Origin: Methanobacteriota archaeon
GTDB lineage: Archaea; Methanobacteriota; Methanobacteria; Methanobacteriales; Methanobacteriaceae
Length of the DNA stretch: 64,000 bases
Direction: 5' to 3'
NCBI GenBank assembly: GCA_963787255.1
Contig: CAWBCJ010000029.1
Location: 128,001 to 192,000 of the forward strand
This document shows positions 1 to 9,806 of the stretch, in pieces. The notes under the pieces are model-generated. The model had not been told where the DNA came from, ran no database searches, and saw only the letters and a list, made by a program, of their open reading frames with translations. Numbering within the stretch: position 1 is the stretch's first letter; each line of letters begins with the position of its first letter. The translations under genes and the position numbers were made by a program.

Positions 1-421
1 TTTCGGTACAATATTATATCTCACTAAAGAAAGCGATACTCGAAAGTTAGGTGGGATGATGATACATTCCCCAAAAGTAGCATTATTAGTGCTTTTAGCA
101 GGATTAGCAATGGCAGGTGTACCTCCACTAAATGCTTTCCAGAGTAAATTAATGTTGATTCAGTCATCATTAAACGCAGGAATACCCGAATTAGGTATAA
201 TAATGATACTTTTAAGTATTGTTACATTTATGACATTTATGAAGGCATTCTACACCATTTACATGAGATCTAAACCGAAGGATCTTAAAATTAGCAATGC
301 AAAAATACCAAAAGCAACCATATTTTCTCTGGTTGTATTCCTAATAATTTGTATAATACTGGGTCTGTTTCCGCAAATTGCAACCAATTATTTACAGCCC
401 CTTGCAAACAGCTTGATATGA
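1..421 (+). CDS. ehbF: Energy-converting hydrogenase B subunit F (antiporter-like membrane subunit), 5' truncated by window edge
   Basis: Frame is open from base 2 ([19 protein letters not shown]...). Contains the NuoL/M/N-type [16 protein letters not shown] motif and precedes the other ehb genes. Confidence 0.85.
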   Translation, partial: FGTILYLTKESDTRKLGGMMIHSPKVALLVLLAGLAMAGVPPLNAFQSKLMLIQSSLNAGIPELGIIMILLSIVTFMTFMKAFYTIYMRSKPKDLKISNAKIPKATIFSLVVFLIICIILGLFPQIATNYLQPLANSLI

Positions 422-462
422 TAAAAAGAGGATAAAAGCAGATAATAAAATAGAGGGATTAT

Positions 463-801
463 ATGAGCCTTTATGACATCATAATAAATAAAATAAAACA
501 AGTTCAGGAATATGATAAAGAAGGTGAACCTGTAACCAGTATTGCAGCTTCATCCACATTAGCAGCAGAAATAACGCTTTTATCATCCATTTTAGTTGCA
601 GTGATCATGTTAAGATATTTCAGTAATGCTTTGATGATTATAGCTGTACTTTTAGTAGCAGCAATAGCAGTTTTTGCCATGCCTTTAATGCCCAGATTTA
701 AAAAAGAACAGAATGATTCGCTTAACAGTATGGTATTTTATGTAATTCTGGCACTTGGAATTATTACAATGCTTTTCTATTGGGGGAGTTTAAATGTCTG
801 A
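463..801 (+). CDS. ehbG: Ehb membrane subunit G
   Basis: 112 aa with ~3 TM segments; position in the ehb operon. Confidence 0.75.
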   Translation: MSLYDIIINKIKQVQEYDKEGEPVTSIAASSTLAAEITLLSSILVAVIMLRYFSNALMIIAVLLVAAIAVFAMPLMPRFKKEQNDSLNSMVFYVILALGIITMLFYWGSLNV

Positions 802-1079
802 AGGAATAAGAAACCTTATCGCCAGCATATCTCTGGCTTTATTCGCAGTTACACTTGTTTCAAGCAATAATTGGATTTGATCAATTACTTACACCAGGTA
901 TAAGCCAAATTTACATCTGGATAGGCCCCAATATTGCTCCTAACGCAGTAACCAACGTTGTGTTTGATTGGAGAGGTTACGATACACTTGGAGAAGCTTT
1001 AATACTTGTTACTGCAGTAGTCGTGACTCTTCTTGTATTTGGAAGAGGAATGGTAGATCTTGGAGGGGATGATGAATGA
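794..1079 (+). CDS. ehbH: Ehb membrane subunit H (MnhB-like), apparent frameshift near 853
   Basis: ATG at 794 gives [20 protein letters not shown], which joins ORF 855..1079 carrying [18 protein letters not shown]. Confidence 0.8.
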
Positions 1080-1541
1080 GTATAATCCTTAAATTATTCG
1101 TATTTCCAATTCCCTCGATAATTATCTGTTTAGGAATAAATACCATCCTTGGAGGGCATATTACTCCAGGAGGAGGTTTTCAGGGAGGCGCAATGATAGC
1201 AGGAGGACTAATATTCTGTATTATTACGTACGGCCTTTCAGAAAGTCCATTTAAAATTACTCATGACTTCATGGCATCAATGGAAAGTGCTGGGAGCTCT
1301 TGCTTATGTATTCCTGGGTCTTGCAGGTTTACTCACATCAGGCTTTTACTTGTACAATCTGGGAGTAGATCATTTATGGTATAGTCCCTGCAGCAGTACA
1401 AACAATATTCGATTATCCTGACCCAATAAACGCCGGTATAATACCTTATCTTAACTTGTGGTTGGTATAAAAGTTTTAGTGGGTCTAAGCGCCGTTGTAA
1501 TAGCTTTCTTAGAGAGTGACAAAATTCTTGGAGAGGAATGA
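1076..1541 (+). CDS. ehbI: Ehb membrane subunit I (MnhB-like), several apparent frameshifts
   Basis: [13 protein letters not shown] motif. Coding sequence continues in other frames ([17 protein letters not shown]) to TGA at 1539-1541. Confidence 0.8.
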
Positions 1542-1544
1542 ACA

Positions 1545-1820
1545 ATGATTTTTTATATTGGTCCATTAGTACTGGGATTCTTACTAGGGTTTATATTAGG
1601 AACTAGAATTAAACCAAGTCCAGAAAGTAAATTAAAGTTTAGTGCAGAAGTTTATGCAATAGTAGTGATTGCAGCAATTATAGTAGCATACTTCTTAGGT
1701 CCTTTCCCATATTATCAAGATGTTCCCCTTGCATCTGGATTTGTATCAGCAATTATAGGCATAATCATTGGTAAATTGTTATTTGGAAGGGAAAAAAAGA
1801 GTAATGCTCAAATTAGCTGA
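1545..1820 (+). CDS. ehbJ: Ehb membrane subunit J
   Basis: 91 aa, 3 TM segments, GPFPYY motif; operon position. Confidence 0.8.
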   Translation: MIFYIGPLVLGFLLGFILGTRIKPSPESKLKFSAEVYAIVVIAAIIVAYFLGPFPYYQDVPLASGFVSAIIGIIIGKLLFGREKKSNAQIS

Positions 1821-1838
1821 ATTATAATAATTAAGTAA

Positions 1839-1905
1839 AATGTAATAAATTCCAAAAAAAATTGATTTGGAGTTACAGCAAGTGTAGTGAGTACACATCA
1901 AAAAT
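1839..1905 (+). repeat. 67-nt dispersed two-hairpin element, copy 1 (ehbJ-ehbK spacer)
   Basis: 66/67 identical to the reverse complement of 63361-63427. Confidence 0.95.
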
Positions 1906-1932
1906 AAGCAATAATATCAGAGGGCAAAAATC

Positions 1933-3291
1933 ATGTTTTTATCAACCAAAAAATGCGAAGGCATTGGAGAATGTATCAAAGAATGCCCAACAGGCGCAAT
2001 AAGGCTAGTAGAAGGCAAACCATTTAGCTGTATAACATGCGGTGCTTGTGCAGAAGCATGTCCCAACAGAGCCATATTTAAAAACAAGTACGGAGGCTTT
2101 GTTGTTGATAGGGCGAAGTGTAATGCCTGCGGAGTTTGTGAATTAACATGTCCGGTAAACAACATAACTATTGAAGGCGACATGGTAAAAGGAATATGTT
2201 CAAGATGTGGAATATGTGTAGATAACTGTCCAATTGGTGCCAGAGTAGATGCTTATGATATAATTGAAGATAGACAATTAAAATTCCTTGAATCATTAAA
2301 CCTTACAACTCAACCCAGCATGAGGGTTAAAACAGAAATTGACAACTCAAATAGAGTTAATGTGGTTACAGATTTTGAAAAATGTACATTATGTGGAAGA
2401 TGTGAGTATTACTGTCCAACAGATGCCATAGAAGTGGATATTGAGCCCGGTACATGTACAGAATGCAGAGTTTGTGAAGATGTTTGCCCTGCAGAAGCTA
2501 TTAAAGATACAACTATTGACCCTGAAAAATGTACATTATGCCTTAAATGTGTTAAAGAATGCCCAAATAAGGCAGTTTATATTGATGATTTTGAAATAAA
2601 AATAAGGAAGCCAGAAGACGGCGAGGAAATAGAAGGAAGTATAATTTCATGCCTGAATTGTGGTTTATGTGCCGATGCATGTAAAGCGGGTGCATTGAGG
2701 ATGATAAATGGTAAAATACGCTATGATCCTTCACTTTGTGATGAATGCGATACCATGGAATGCTTGGATGCATGCCCAGTTGGAACACTTAGATTGTCTG
2801 ATGATGCTACATGTAGAATAAAAGGATTCTGTGTATCATGCGGAAGGTGTGTAAGAGCATGCGATGTAAATGAGGCAAGAAGCTTTAAAAATGTCACATG
2901 GGATGGGACAGTAACTGATGACTGTATATCTTGTGGAATATGTGCAGAATTATGTCCAAAAGAAGCAATAACTCTTAAAAGAGGTAGTATCGATGTGGAT
3001 CTTGAAAAATGCGTTTTATGTGAAAAATGCGCTATTCACTGCCCGATGGATGCAATTCCAAAAACTACCATGCATAAAAAATCTATTAAAGATGGATTCG
3101 TATTTATTGAAAACAAATTGTGTATGAACTGTAAACTATGCGTTAATACCTGTCCTGAAGAAGCAGTAGGTGAAGATGAAAACAGCAGGATAACTGTAGA
3201 CGATTCAAAATGCATATACTGCGGTGCATGCAATAATGTTTGTCCTGCAAGAGCCATATTATTTGAAAGGGAATTCGAGGTATCACAATGA
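1933..3291 (+). CDS. ehbK: Ehb polyferredoxin subunit K
   Basis: 452 aa with many CxxCxxCxxxCP motifs. Confidence 0.92.
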   Translation: MFLSTKKCEGIGECIKECPTGAIRLVEGKPFSCITCGACAEACPNRAIFKNKYGGFVVDRAKCNACGVCELTCPVNNITIEGDMVKGICSRCGICVDNCPIGARVDAYDIIEDRQLKFLESLNLTTQPSMRVKTEIDNSNRVNVVTDFEKCTLCGRCEYYCPTDAIEVDIEPGTCTECRVCEDVCPAEAIKDTTIDPEKCTLCLKCVKECPNKAVYIDDFEIKIRKPEDGEEIEGSIISCLNCGLCADACKAGALRMINGKIRYDPSLCDECDTMECLDACPVGTLRLSDDATCRIKGFCVSCGRCVRACDVNEARSFKNVTWDGTVTDDCISCGICAELCPKEAITLKRGSIDVDLEKCVLCEKCAIHCPMDAIPKTTMHKKSIKDGFVFIENKLCMNCKLCVNTCPEEAVGEDENSRITVDDSKCIYCGACNNVCPARAILFEREFEVSQ

Positions 3292-3782
3292 AAAATTTAG
3301 TTAGAATTGTCCTGGAAGGAACATACAGCAATATAATGAGGATTCTTTTCGCCTCAGACAGAGTAACAGATATGGAACTTCGAAGTAAAATTCTTGAAGG
3401 TCGTATTGTACCTACAGATAAGGTTGCTGAAATATCCTGTATAGGTTGTGCTGGATGTAAAAATGTTTGTCCAACAAGCGCCATTGAGATGGTAAAACTG
3501 GAAGAACCAGTTGAGTTAATGGAAGGACTTATCAAAGAAGAAAAACCTGTTTTAGACAGCTTAAAATGCGTAAATTGTTATTACTGTCATGATTTCTGTC
3601 CACTTTATGCATTATTTGGAGAAGCAGGTACAATACATCCAAATGATGTTGGGGAAGTACAATCAGATATTACCGAACTACTTGAAAAACCTGTTAAGAT
3701 ATCTGAAGATAAAATTGCATTTATATCTCAGTATCTCTCTGACACTGCAATAATCAGGAAAAGAGAAAATAAAGATAATTAA
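3288..3782 (+). CDS. ehbL: Ehb 2x[4Fe-4S] subunit L
   Basis: [12 protein letters not shown] and [12 protein letters not shown] motifs. Confidence 0.9.
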   Translation: MKNLVRIVLEGTYSNIMRILFASDRVTDMELRSKILEGRIVPTDKVAEISCIGCAGCKNVCPTSAIEMVKLEEPVELMEGLIKEEKPVLDSLKCVNCYYCHDFCPLYALFGEAGTIHPNDVGEVQSDITELLEKPVKISEDKIAFISQYLSDTAIIRKRENKDN

Positions 3783-3827
3783 ATTACAAAAAATGAAAGT
3801 TAAACTAACCTATAAAGAGGGATAAAT

Positions 3828-4274
3828 TTGGGTTTAAAATCATATTCAAGAGGAAGAGCAGTACATGTTATGCTTGTATACACTGGAGGATGCAACGGCT
3901 GCGATATAGAAATAGTAAACTGCATATTTTCGCCTAAATACGACGCAGAACAGTACAAGGTCTTTTTAACATGGAATCCAAGAGAAGCTGACGTTCTAGT
4001 TGTAACAGGACCTGTTACTAAACATAATGAAGCGCCTTTAAAAGCAATTTACGACGCAATACCCGAACCTAAAGCTGTTGTTGCGGCAGGAGCTTGCGCA
4101 ACAATGGGTGGAGTTTACAAAAACATTCATGGAGATATACCATCTGAAGAGATTGCAGGCCCAGTTGATAAAGTTATACCTGTGGCTGCTAAAGTCCCTG
4201 GCTGCGCTGTAAGACCTGAAGACGTTATTTCAGGATTGGTTTCTGCATTACCACTATTATTAAATGCAGATTAA
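3828..4274 (+). CDS. ehbM: Ehb [NiFe]-hydrogenase small subunit M
   Basis: [17 protein letters not shown] and VPGCAVRP motifs of the NuoB family. Confidence 0.93.
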   Translation: MGLKSYSRGRAVHVMLVYTGGCNGCDIEIVNCIFSPKYDAEQYKVFLTWNPREADVLVVTGPVTKHNEAPLKAIYDAIPEPKAVVAAGACATMGGVYKNIHGDIPSEEIAGPVDKVIPVAAKVPGCAVRPEDVISGLVSALPLLLNAD

Positions 4275-4348
4275 AAAAATGAAGATCAATATACTAAATT
4301 AATGAAAAATTAAAATGTCAGAATTATTTTCTGACAAGGGGTGTCATT

Positions 4349-5561
4349 ATGGATAACAATAACAAAGTCACACGTCAAGTAATCGAAACAGAAGTTCCAC
4401 TGGGAACAGTTCACTCTGCTGCACTGGAACCATACAGGGTGCGATTATTTGTTGAAGATGAAATTGTAAGAGACGCCGAGTTAACAGTAGGTGTCAATCA
4501 CAGAGGAATTGAAAGAATAATGGAAGGATTGCCAGTTGAAAAGGCAAATAGCCTTACTGAGAAAATATGTGGAATTTGTTCCAACAGCCACCTCTGGAAT
4601 TCATGTCTCACCGCTGAAAAAGGGCTTGAAATTGACGTTCCTCCAAGGGCAGAATACGTAAGAATAATCATGGAAGAGCTGGAAAGATTACACAGTCATT
4701 TTCTTTACTTAGCCCACGGAAGCGAAGTTTTAGGCCACGAAACATTCGCAATGAGACTGTTTTACATAAGAGAGACTGTAATGGAGCTTCTAAGGATGAT
4801 TGGAGGTAACCGTGTTCAGTACGGTGTGTCAGTCATAGGTGGAATAAGGCCACGTTGTGATCTAAATGAAATGAGAATTCAAAAGATCAGTGAAGGTATG
4901 GATTACGTTGAAGAGAAAATTGGTGAATTTGCAGATAGATTTGTTAAAGATCCAATGGTCATGTCTCGTATTAGTGGAATAGCAGCAATTACCAAGGAAG
5001 ATGCCCGGAGATTAGCTACAACTGGCCCTTCACTTAGAGCAACAGGTATTGATGTAGATTTAAGACGCGACATGAAACAATATGAACCGTTTGAATTTGA
5101 TGTAATCACCCAAGATACTGGAGACGTTAAGGCAAACCTTCTCATGCGTGTTCTTGAAATTCCAGAGTCTGTAAAAATTATCAGGCAGGCCATTAAAGAC
5201 CTTCCGGATGGAAATGATAACCAACAGAAGCTGGGAAATGCAAGATACTGGTATTATAAGAAATTACATAGAAGTACCAAGAGGTAAACTCTACCACTCT
5301 TACAGTTTAGAAGACGGACGAGTAAGAGGTTCAATAGTTAGGACACCTTCAATAACAAATATAAATACAATGGAGTTTGCATGTATTGGAACTCACATAA
5401 CCGATGCACAATTAGCCATTGTTCAATGTGATCCGTGCTTTACATGCACTGACCGTGCAATACAAATAGTTGACGAGCCTTTAAAACCTAAAGGTTTTAA
5501 TGCACAAATCGAAGATTTGTCAGCACTAGAAAAAAAGAAAAATAAAAACAGTATAGTTTAA
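4349..5561 (+). CDS. ehbN: Ehb [NiFe]-hydrogenase large subunit N, apparent frameshift near 5211
   Basis: N-terminal KICGICS is in ORF 4349..5287; C-terminal EVPRG and DPCFTCTDR are in ORF 5208..5561. Confidence 0.92.
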
Positions 5562-5586
5562 GATCAGCTTTAAATTTAAGCTGGTT
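5562..5586 (+). other. Intergenic stem-loop between ehbN and ehbO
   Basis: GATCAGCTT-TAAATTT-AAGCTGGTT inverted repeat with G-U pairs. Confidence 0.5.
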
Positions 5587-5640
5587 TAATATTTTATATA
5601 ACGATAAATCACTCTAATAGCATATTTAGGAAGTGTCAGA

Positions 5641-6642
5641 ATGGATACAACAATGATTATAAGCTCATTTGTAGCAGTAATTGGAACATTAATTATAGCA
5701 TTTGCAGTCAGTATCTGGCTTCCAGGTATTGAAAGAAAGTTCATTCATGCAAGGATTCAACAAAGGGTTGGACCACCAATCTCAAGTCCGGGATTTATGG
5801 CCCCAATTAAGTTTTTCTTTAAACAAACTTTAACACCCAACTCTCCCATGCCCAGATTGTACAATGCACTTCCAATTATCAGTTTAATTATTGTAGTATG
5901 TATATTAATCTTGATAATGCCTCAATTATACTTTTTAGGGGCTTTAGCAAGTATTATAGCTGTAATAGGACTTCTTAAAGTCGAGGAAATAATGTACATG
6001 TTTATGGGTTCGCTATCAAAATCAGTCATGTCAGTTGGCATGCCCTTCCCTGACCTTGTAAAAGGTGCTAAACACGTTGATACAACAAGATCTTTCATTG
6101 AAGAATTGAGCACACTACGTGCATTCCGTCTTATAGCATTTGGATCTTTCCCGCTTTACATTGCACTTTTTGTTCCTGTGGTTATGGCTCAAAGTTTATT
6201 TATTGGGGATATAGTGGCTTATCAACAATTACACGGACCAGTACTCTTTACAGTAGCTGGAGTCATTGGTGCAATTGTATATTTCATCGGATTCATGATA
6301 TTATTAAACGAATATCCATTTGCCATAATGAAAACCAAAGCAGACGTTATGGAAGGCCCTTTACTTGAGTACATGTCCAAATACAGAGCATATACATATA
6401 TTACAAGAGGATTTCTGATATTTGTACTTGCAAGCTTATTTACAACCATGTTTATTGGAATACCACCAAACTTATTCAGCCTAGGAATATTAGTTACAAT
6501 TGCGGTAGCAATAATATTCACAATAGCAATGGCAATATTAAGTACATTCTCCCCTATATTTACATTCAGGCAATTTTATCCGGTTGTAGCTGCTACATCA
6601 ATCTTAGGAGTACTTGCAATAGTTGCCTCCTTTTTAACTTGA
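5641..6642 (+). CDS. ehbO: Ehb membrane subunit O (NuoH-like)
   Basis: [18 protein letters not shown] motif; multiple TM segments. Confidence 0.92.
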   Translation: MDTTMIISSFVAVIGTLIIAFAVSIWLPGIERKFIHARIQQRVGPPISSPGFMAPIKFFFKQTLTPNSPMPRLYNALPIISLIIVVCILILIMPQLYFLGALASIIAVIGLLKVEEIMYMFMGSLSKSVMSVGMPFPDLVKGAKHVDTTRSFIEELSTLRAFRLIAFGSFPLYIALFVPVVMAQSLFIGDIVAYQQLHGPVLFTVAGVIGAIVYFIGFMILLNEYPFAIMKTKADVMEGPLLEYMSKYRAYTYITRGFLIFVLASLFTTMFIGIPPNLFSLGILVTIAVAIIFTIAMAILSTFSPIFTFRQFYPVVAATSILGVLAIVASFLT

Positions 6643-6679
6643 TAAAAAACAAAATTTAGCATTAAAGGACTAGATTAAT

Positions 6680-6943
6680 ATGAAATTCGTAGTAAGACCT
6701 CAGCACATTATAAGTGTCGGTGGATACATCGTTGAAGTTGATTTCCCTTACAGGAACATAATTGTAGTTAATCCTACAGAAGAGCCTATAAAAATTGATA
6801 TTCCAATATTTAACACGGAATGGATTGATGAACATAGGAAATTAGGGCTTGAAATAATACCCGTAGAAGATGAAGATTCATTTTTACGCCTATTCAGGAA
6901 AGCTAAAGCCAATCTGGATAAACTAAAAGCTGAATCCTCTTAA
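6680..6943 (+). CDS. ehbP: Ehb subunit P
   Basis: 87 aa hydrophilic protein with [12 protein letters not shown]; follows ehbO. Confidence 0.85.
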   Translation: MKFVVRPQHIISVGGYIVEVDFPYRNIIVVNPTEEPIKIDIPIFNTEWIDEHRKLGLEIIPVEDEDSFLRLFRKAKANLDKLKAESS

Positions 6944-7060
6944 TTAATTTTAATTTTTCTCTTTTAATTCTTTAGCAAAAATCTTTCTAATAATTTTTAT
7001 GACATGAAAGAAATGTCAGATTTCTGTGAATAATTAAAAATAAAAAATCGTAAAAATAAA

Positions 7061-7213
7061 TTAAGGGCTATGCACATTTAATTCCCTTAAAAGTCTGTCT
7101 CTTTCATCTTTAAGTTCTTTCAACAATTTTTCATCGCATTTTCCATTCTTCTCTAAATGCGCAATGGTTGTAGTTATGGCCTCTAAATTAGCTTCATTTT
7201 GATTTACTGACAT
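7061..7213 (-). CDS. 50-aa small helical protein (not in ORF track)
   Basis: ATG..TAA encodes [50 protein letters not shown]; GGGGT SD upstream. Confidence 0.65.
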   Translation of the reverse strand: MSVNQNEANLEAITTTIAHLEKNGKCDEKLLKELKDERDRLLRELNVHSP

Positions 7214-7363
7214 TTTATAAACCCCTTTCAAGTATAAAAAAATTTTTTAATTTTAAACAAAAATATATAGTCCAGATTAATTATTTAAAATTAATCAAAA
7301 ATCTAAGATAATTGGATAAATTCGTTTAAATTTCAACCAAGTACCAAACTATTTTTAATTTTT

Positions 7364-7807
7364 TTATACTTGGACTGCCTTTTCCTCAGCTTCATGTTTT
7401 AGAGCATTATTCATTAATTCAAAACCAGATTTAGTATCTTTTAATAAATTTGAAAAAATTGGAACCAATAGTCCGTAAAATTTTTCTTTTTGAATAAATA
7501 AGACTTTATTTTCGCTTATTTGTTTAATGACTAAACTATGCTCTCCATCAAAGAGCTTTGGAATCCATAATTTCCCTAACCATCTTAGTTCTTTTTCTTC
7601 TTGAAATTTAATTATTTTTGGCTTAAATTTCATTCCTTTTGATTGCGGCGGTTTAATACATACTTCAATTATTGATCCTTCCCCTGGAATTCCTGATATT
7701 TCTTTAATAAATGGATTCCAGTGAGGATAACCCTCAAAATCAGTTATTATACGCCATATAATATTTGCAGAGGCGTTGATTTCGATTTCAGTATAAATTT
7801 CTTTCAT
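7364..7807 (-). CDS. SRPBCC/START-like (polyketide cyclase) family protein
   Basis: TEIEINASANIIWRIITDFEGYPHWNPF N-terminus typical of the family; start taken at MKEIY. Confidence 0.8.
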   Translation of the reverse strand: MKEIYTEIEINASANIIWRIITDFEGYPHWNPFIKEISGIPGEGSIIEVCIKPPQSKGMKFKPKIIKFQEEKELRWLGKLWIPKLFDGEHSLVIKQISENKVLFIQKEKFYGLLVPIFSNLLKDTKSGFELMNNALKHEAEEKAVQV

Positions 7808-7904
7808 AAAAATATTATGTTTTTTATGATACAAAAAAATTTATCTACATATTGAAACTTTAATTAAAATACTAAAAAAGAAGGAATAATAAAATAGAAA
7901 TGGT

Positions 7905-9204
7905 TTAATCTTTCCCCTTATTTTCCGTTATTTCCTTTGATACTTTAAGTGCAAGTGCCGCAGTAAGAAGAATTGTAGGTAAACCCTGTGAACGAGGTGC
8001 CAAGGATAGATCAGCAACCCATAATCCTTCAGGCAGCCACGAAGGTTTCATTGAATCTACATCCTCAGCTTTAAGAGGAACAGTACCTCCTAAATGTCCT
8101 CCATTGTGCACCCCATTAATATAAGGGCCAGAAACACCTGCAGATTCCATAACTTTTTTTGCTTCTCCAATTGCTTCATCAAGACGAAGATGATCCTCTC
8201 TTTTTATGGATTTTTGTACTTTCCCATCTGCAAATACTGCTCCTTCTTCTATATCTGCAAGTTTTACCATCATACCAACTCTATCATCTATAGAAACATT
8301 TCTCCAAGGTTTATGGAACCAATGGGAGAGAATATCAAGATAAGGGGAGAGAATATAATCTTCATGTTTTGTATACCATACCATTGGCGGTTCTTTAAGC
8401 TGATTTGCCCCTTTAAGGACACCACCCAGCGTGAGGACAATATCGACCCATAAATTGTCTTTAGCAGGTAATTTTGAAGCTTTTAATATTTGAGCCGTAC
8501 CAATTCCTCCTGCAGCTAAAACTACAATATCTGCTTTAATGGTTCTTGATTTATTTTTTGATTCTTATAACAACTCCGTTTACATGGCCATTTTCCATTA
8601 TAACTTTTTCAACTGGTGATGATGTATGTAATACTGCACCATTATGAATTGCATCATCTAAAAAGCTTCTAGAATCCCATCTTGCACCAGTAGTGCATCC
8701 AAGCTCGCATAATCCACAGGACACACATTTAACAGAATCCACCGCCTTTGGAGTAGCTTTTGGCTCTAAACCTAACTTTTCTGCAGCTTCAAACATATTT
8801 TTAGTTACCGGCTGCCATCTTTCCACTGGAAATTCAGTTATACCTATATTTCTTTCAATTTCTTCAAATTCCGGTGTAAGATCAAGCCCTATTTCCTTTA
8901 ATCCGTGCTCAGCCCGTACCATATTACCACATGAAAGTACAGTAGAACCGCCAGTTGTTATACCTCTAACAAGAACAAGATCATTTTCTGAACGCATAGT
9001 GTCCATTGGGGGAAATAGTCGGGTGATTGTTTTTTCATCCCCTAAAAGTCCTGTTCTTCTAAAAGGTCCTGCAAGAGATAAAAGGTTTCTAAATGGTTTA
9101 AACGGCTTTCCTGCCTCTAACATTATTACTTCAAAGCCTTTATTTGCTAATTCGCGTGCAGCTGTTGCTCCACCAGCACCGGTTCCCACGACTATTGCTT
9201 TCAT
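7905..9204 (-). CDS. GMC-family FAD-dependent oxidoreductase, apparent frameshifts near 8550 and 8385
   Basis: [11 protein letters not shown] motif, GGST, CxxCxxCxxGC, AAGGIGT and C-terminal HLGGT...VADLS...PT. Confidence 0.85.
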
Positions 9205-9806
9205 GTTTTTACCTCATTAATACAAGCTATACATTCAGATGCTCCCTCAGTAATCCTCTCTTTAAATTGCATATTCATCTTTTCATTTAGACCGCGAACA
9301 ACACCTTCATCTGCGGCGCTTAAAACCATACAAGTTTCAGGAAAATAATATTTAGATAGAGCACATCTATTTACAACCATAATTATATTTCCACCTTTAT
9401 TTTCTATTTTAAAATCTATTCCAAGTATTTTATATAGTAGTCTTGCTGCAAGCTCAAGATCCTTAAAATCATTTCCAACTCCAAGCTTCAGGCGAGCTTC
9501 TTGCCCTAATTGATATCCAACATCAAACATGGATTTTCTTGCTACTTTAACTGCATTTTCATATCCTAAAACTTCAATTAATGATTTAACACGGATATTA
9601 TGGGCCTTAGCCATTACAATCCTTCTTTCTTCTAGGCTGCCCTTTAAAATTTCATCTTTTTTAGCAATTTTTTTCATTTTTTCAGGTGCATGTTGCTTTA
9701 AAATATCATTTAACCCTTCTATGGTATTTATAGCTACATTATCAAGTTCTTTCTTTAAAATAAAATTTGGAATCCATAACGAAGCAATTCGTAATCTTAA
9801 GCTCAT
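9201..9806 (-). CDS. V4R/ATC-hydrolase-like protein with conserved Cys residues
   Basis: C-terminal VNRC..ETC...DEG...G...EGASEC pattern; 4-bp overlaps with both neighbours. Confidence 0.6.
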   Translation of the reverse strand: MSLRLRIASLWIPNFILKKELDNVAINTIEGLNDILKQHAPEKMKKIAKKDEILKGSLEERRIVMAKAHNIRVKSLIEVLGYENAVKVARKSMFDVGYQLGQEARLKLGVGNDFKDLELAARLLYKILGIDFKIENKGGNIIMVVNRCALSKYYFPETCMVLSAADEGVVRGLNEKMNMQFKERITEGASECIACINEVKT

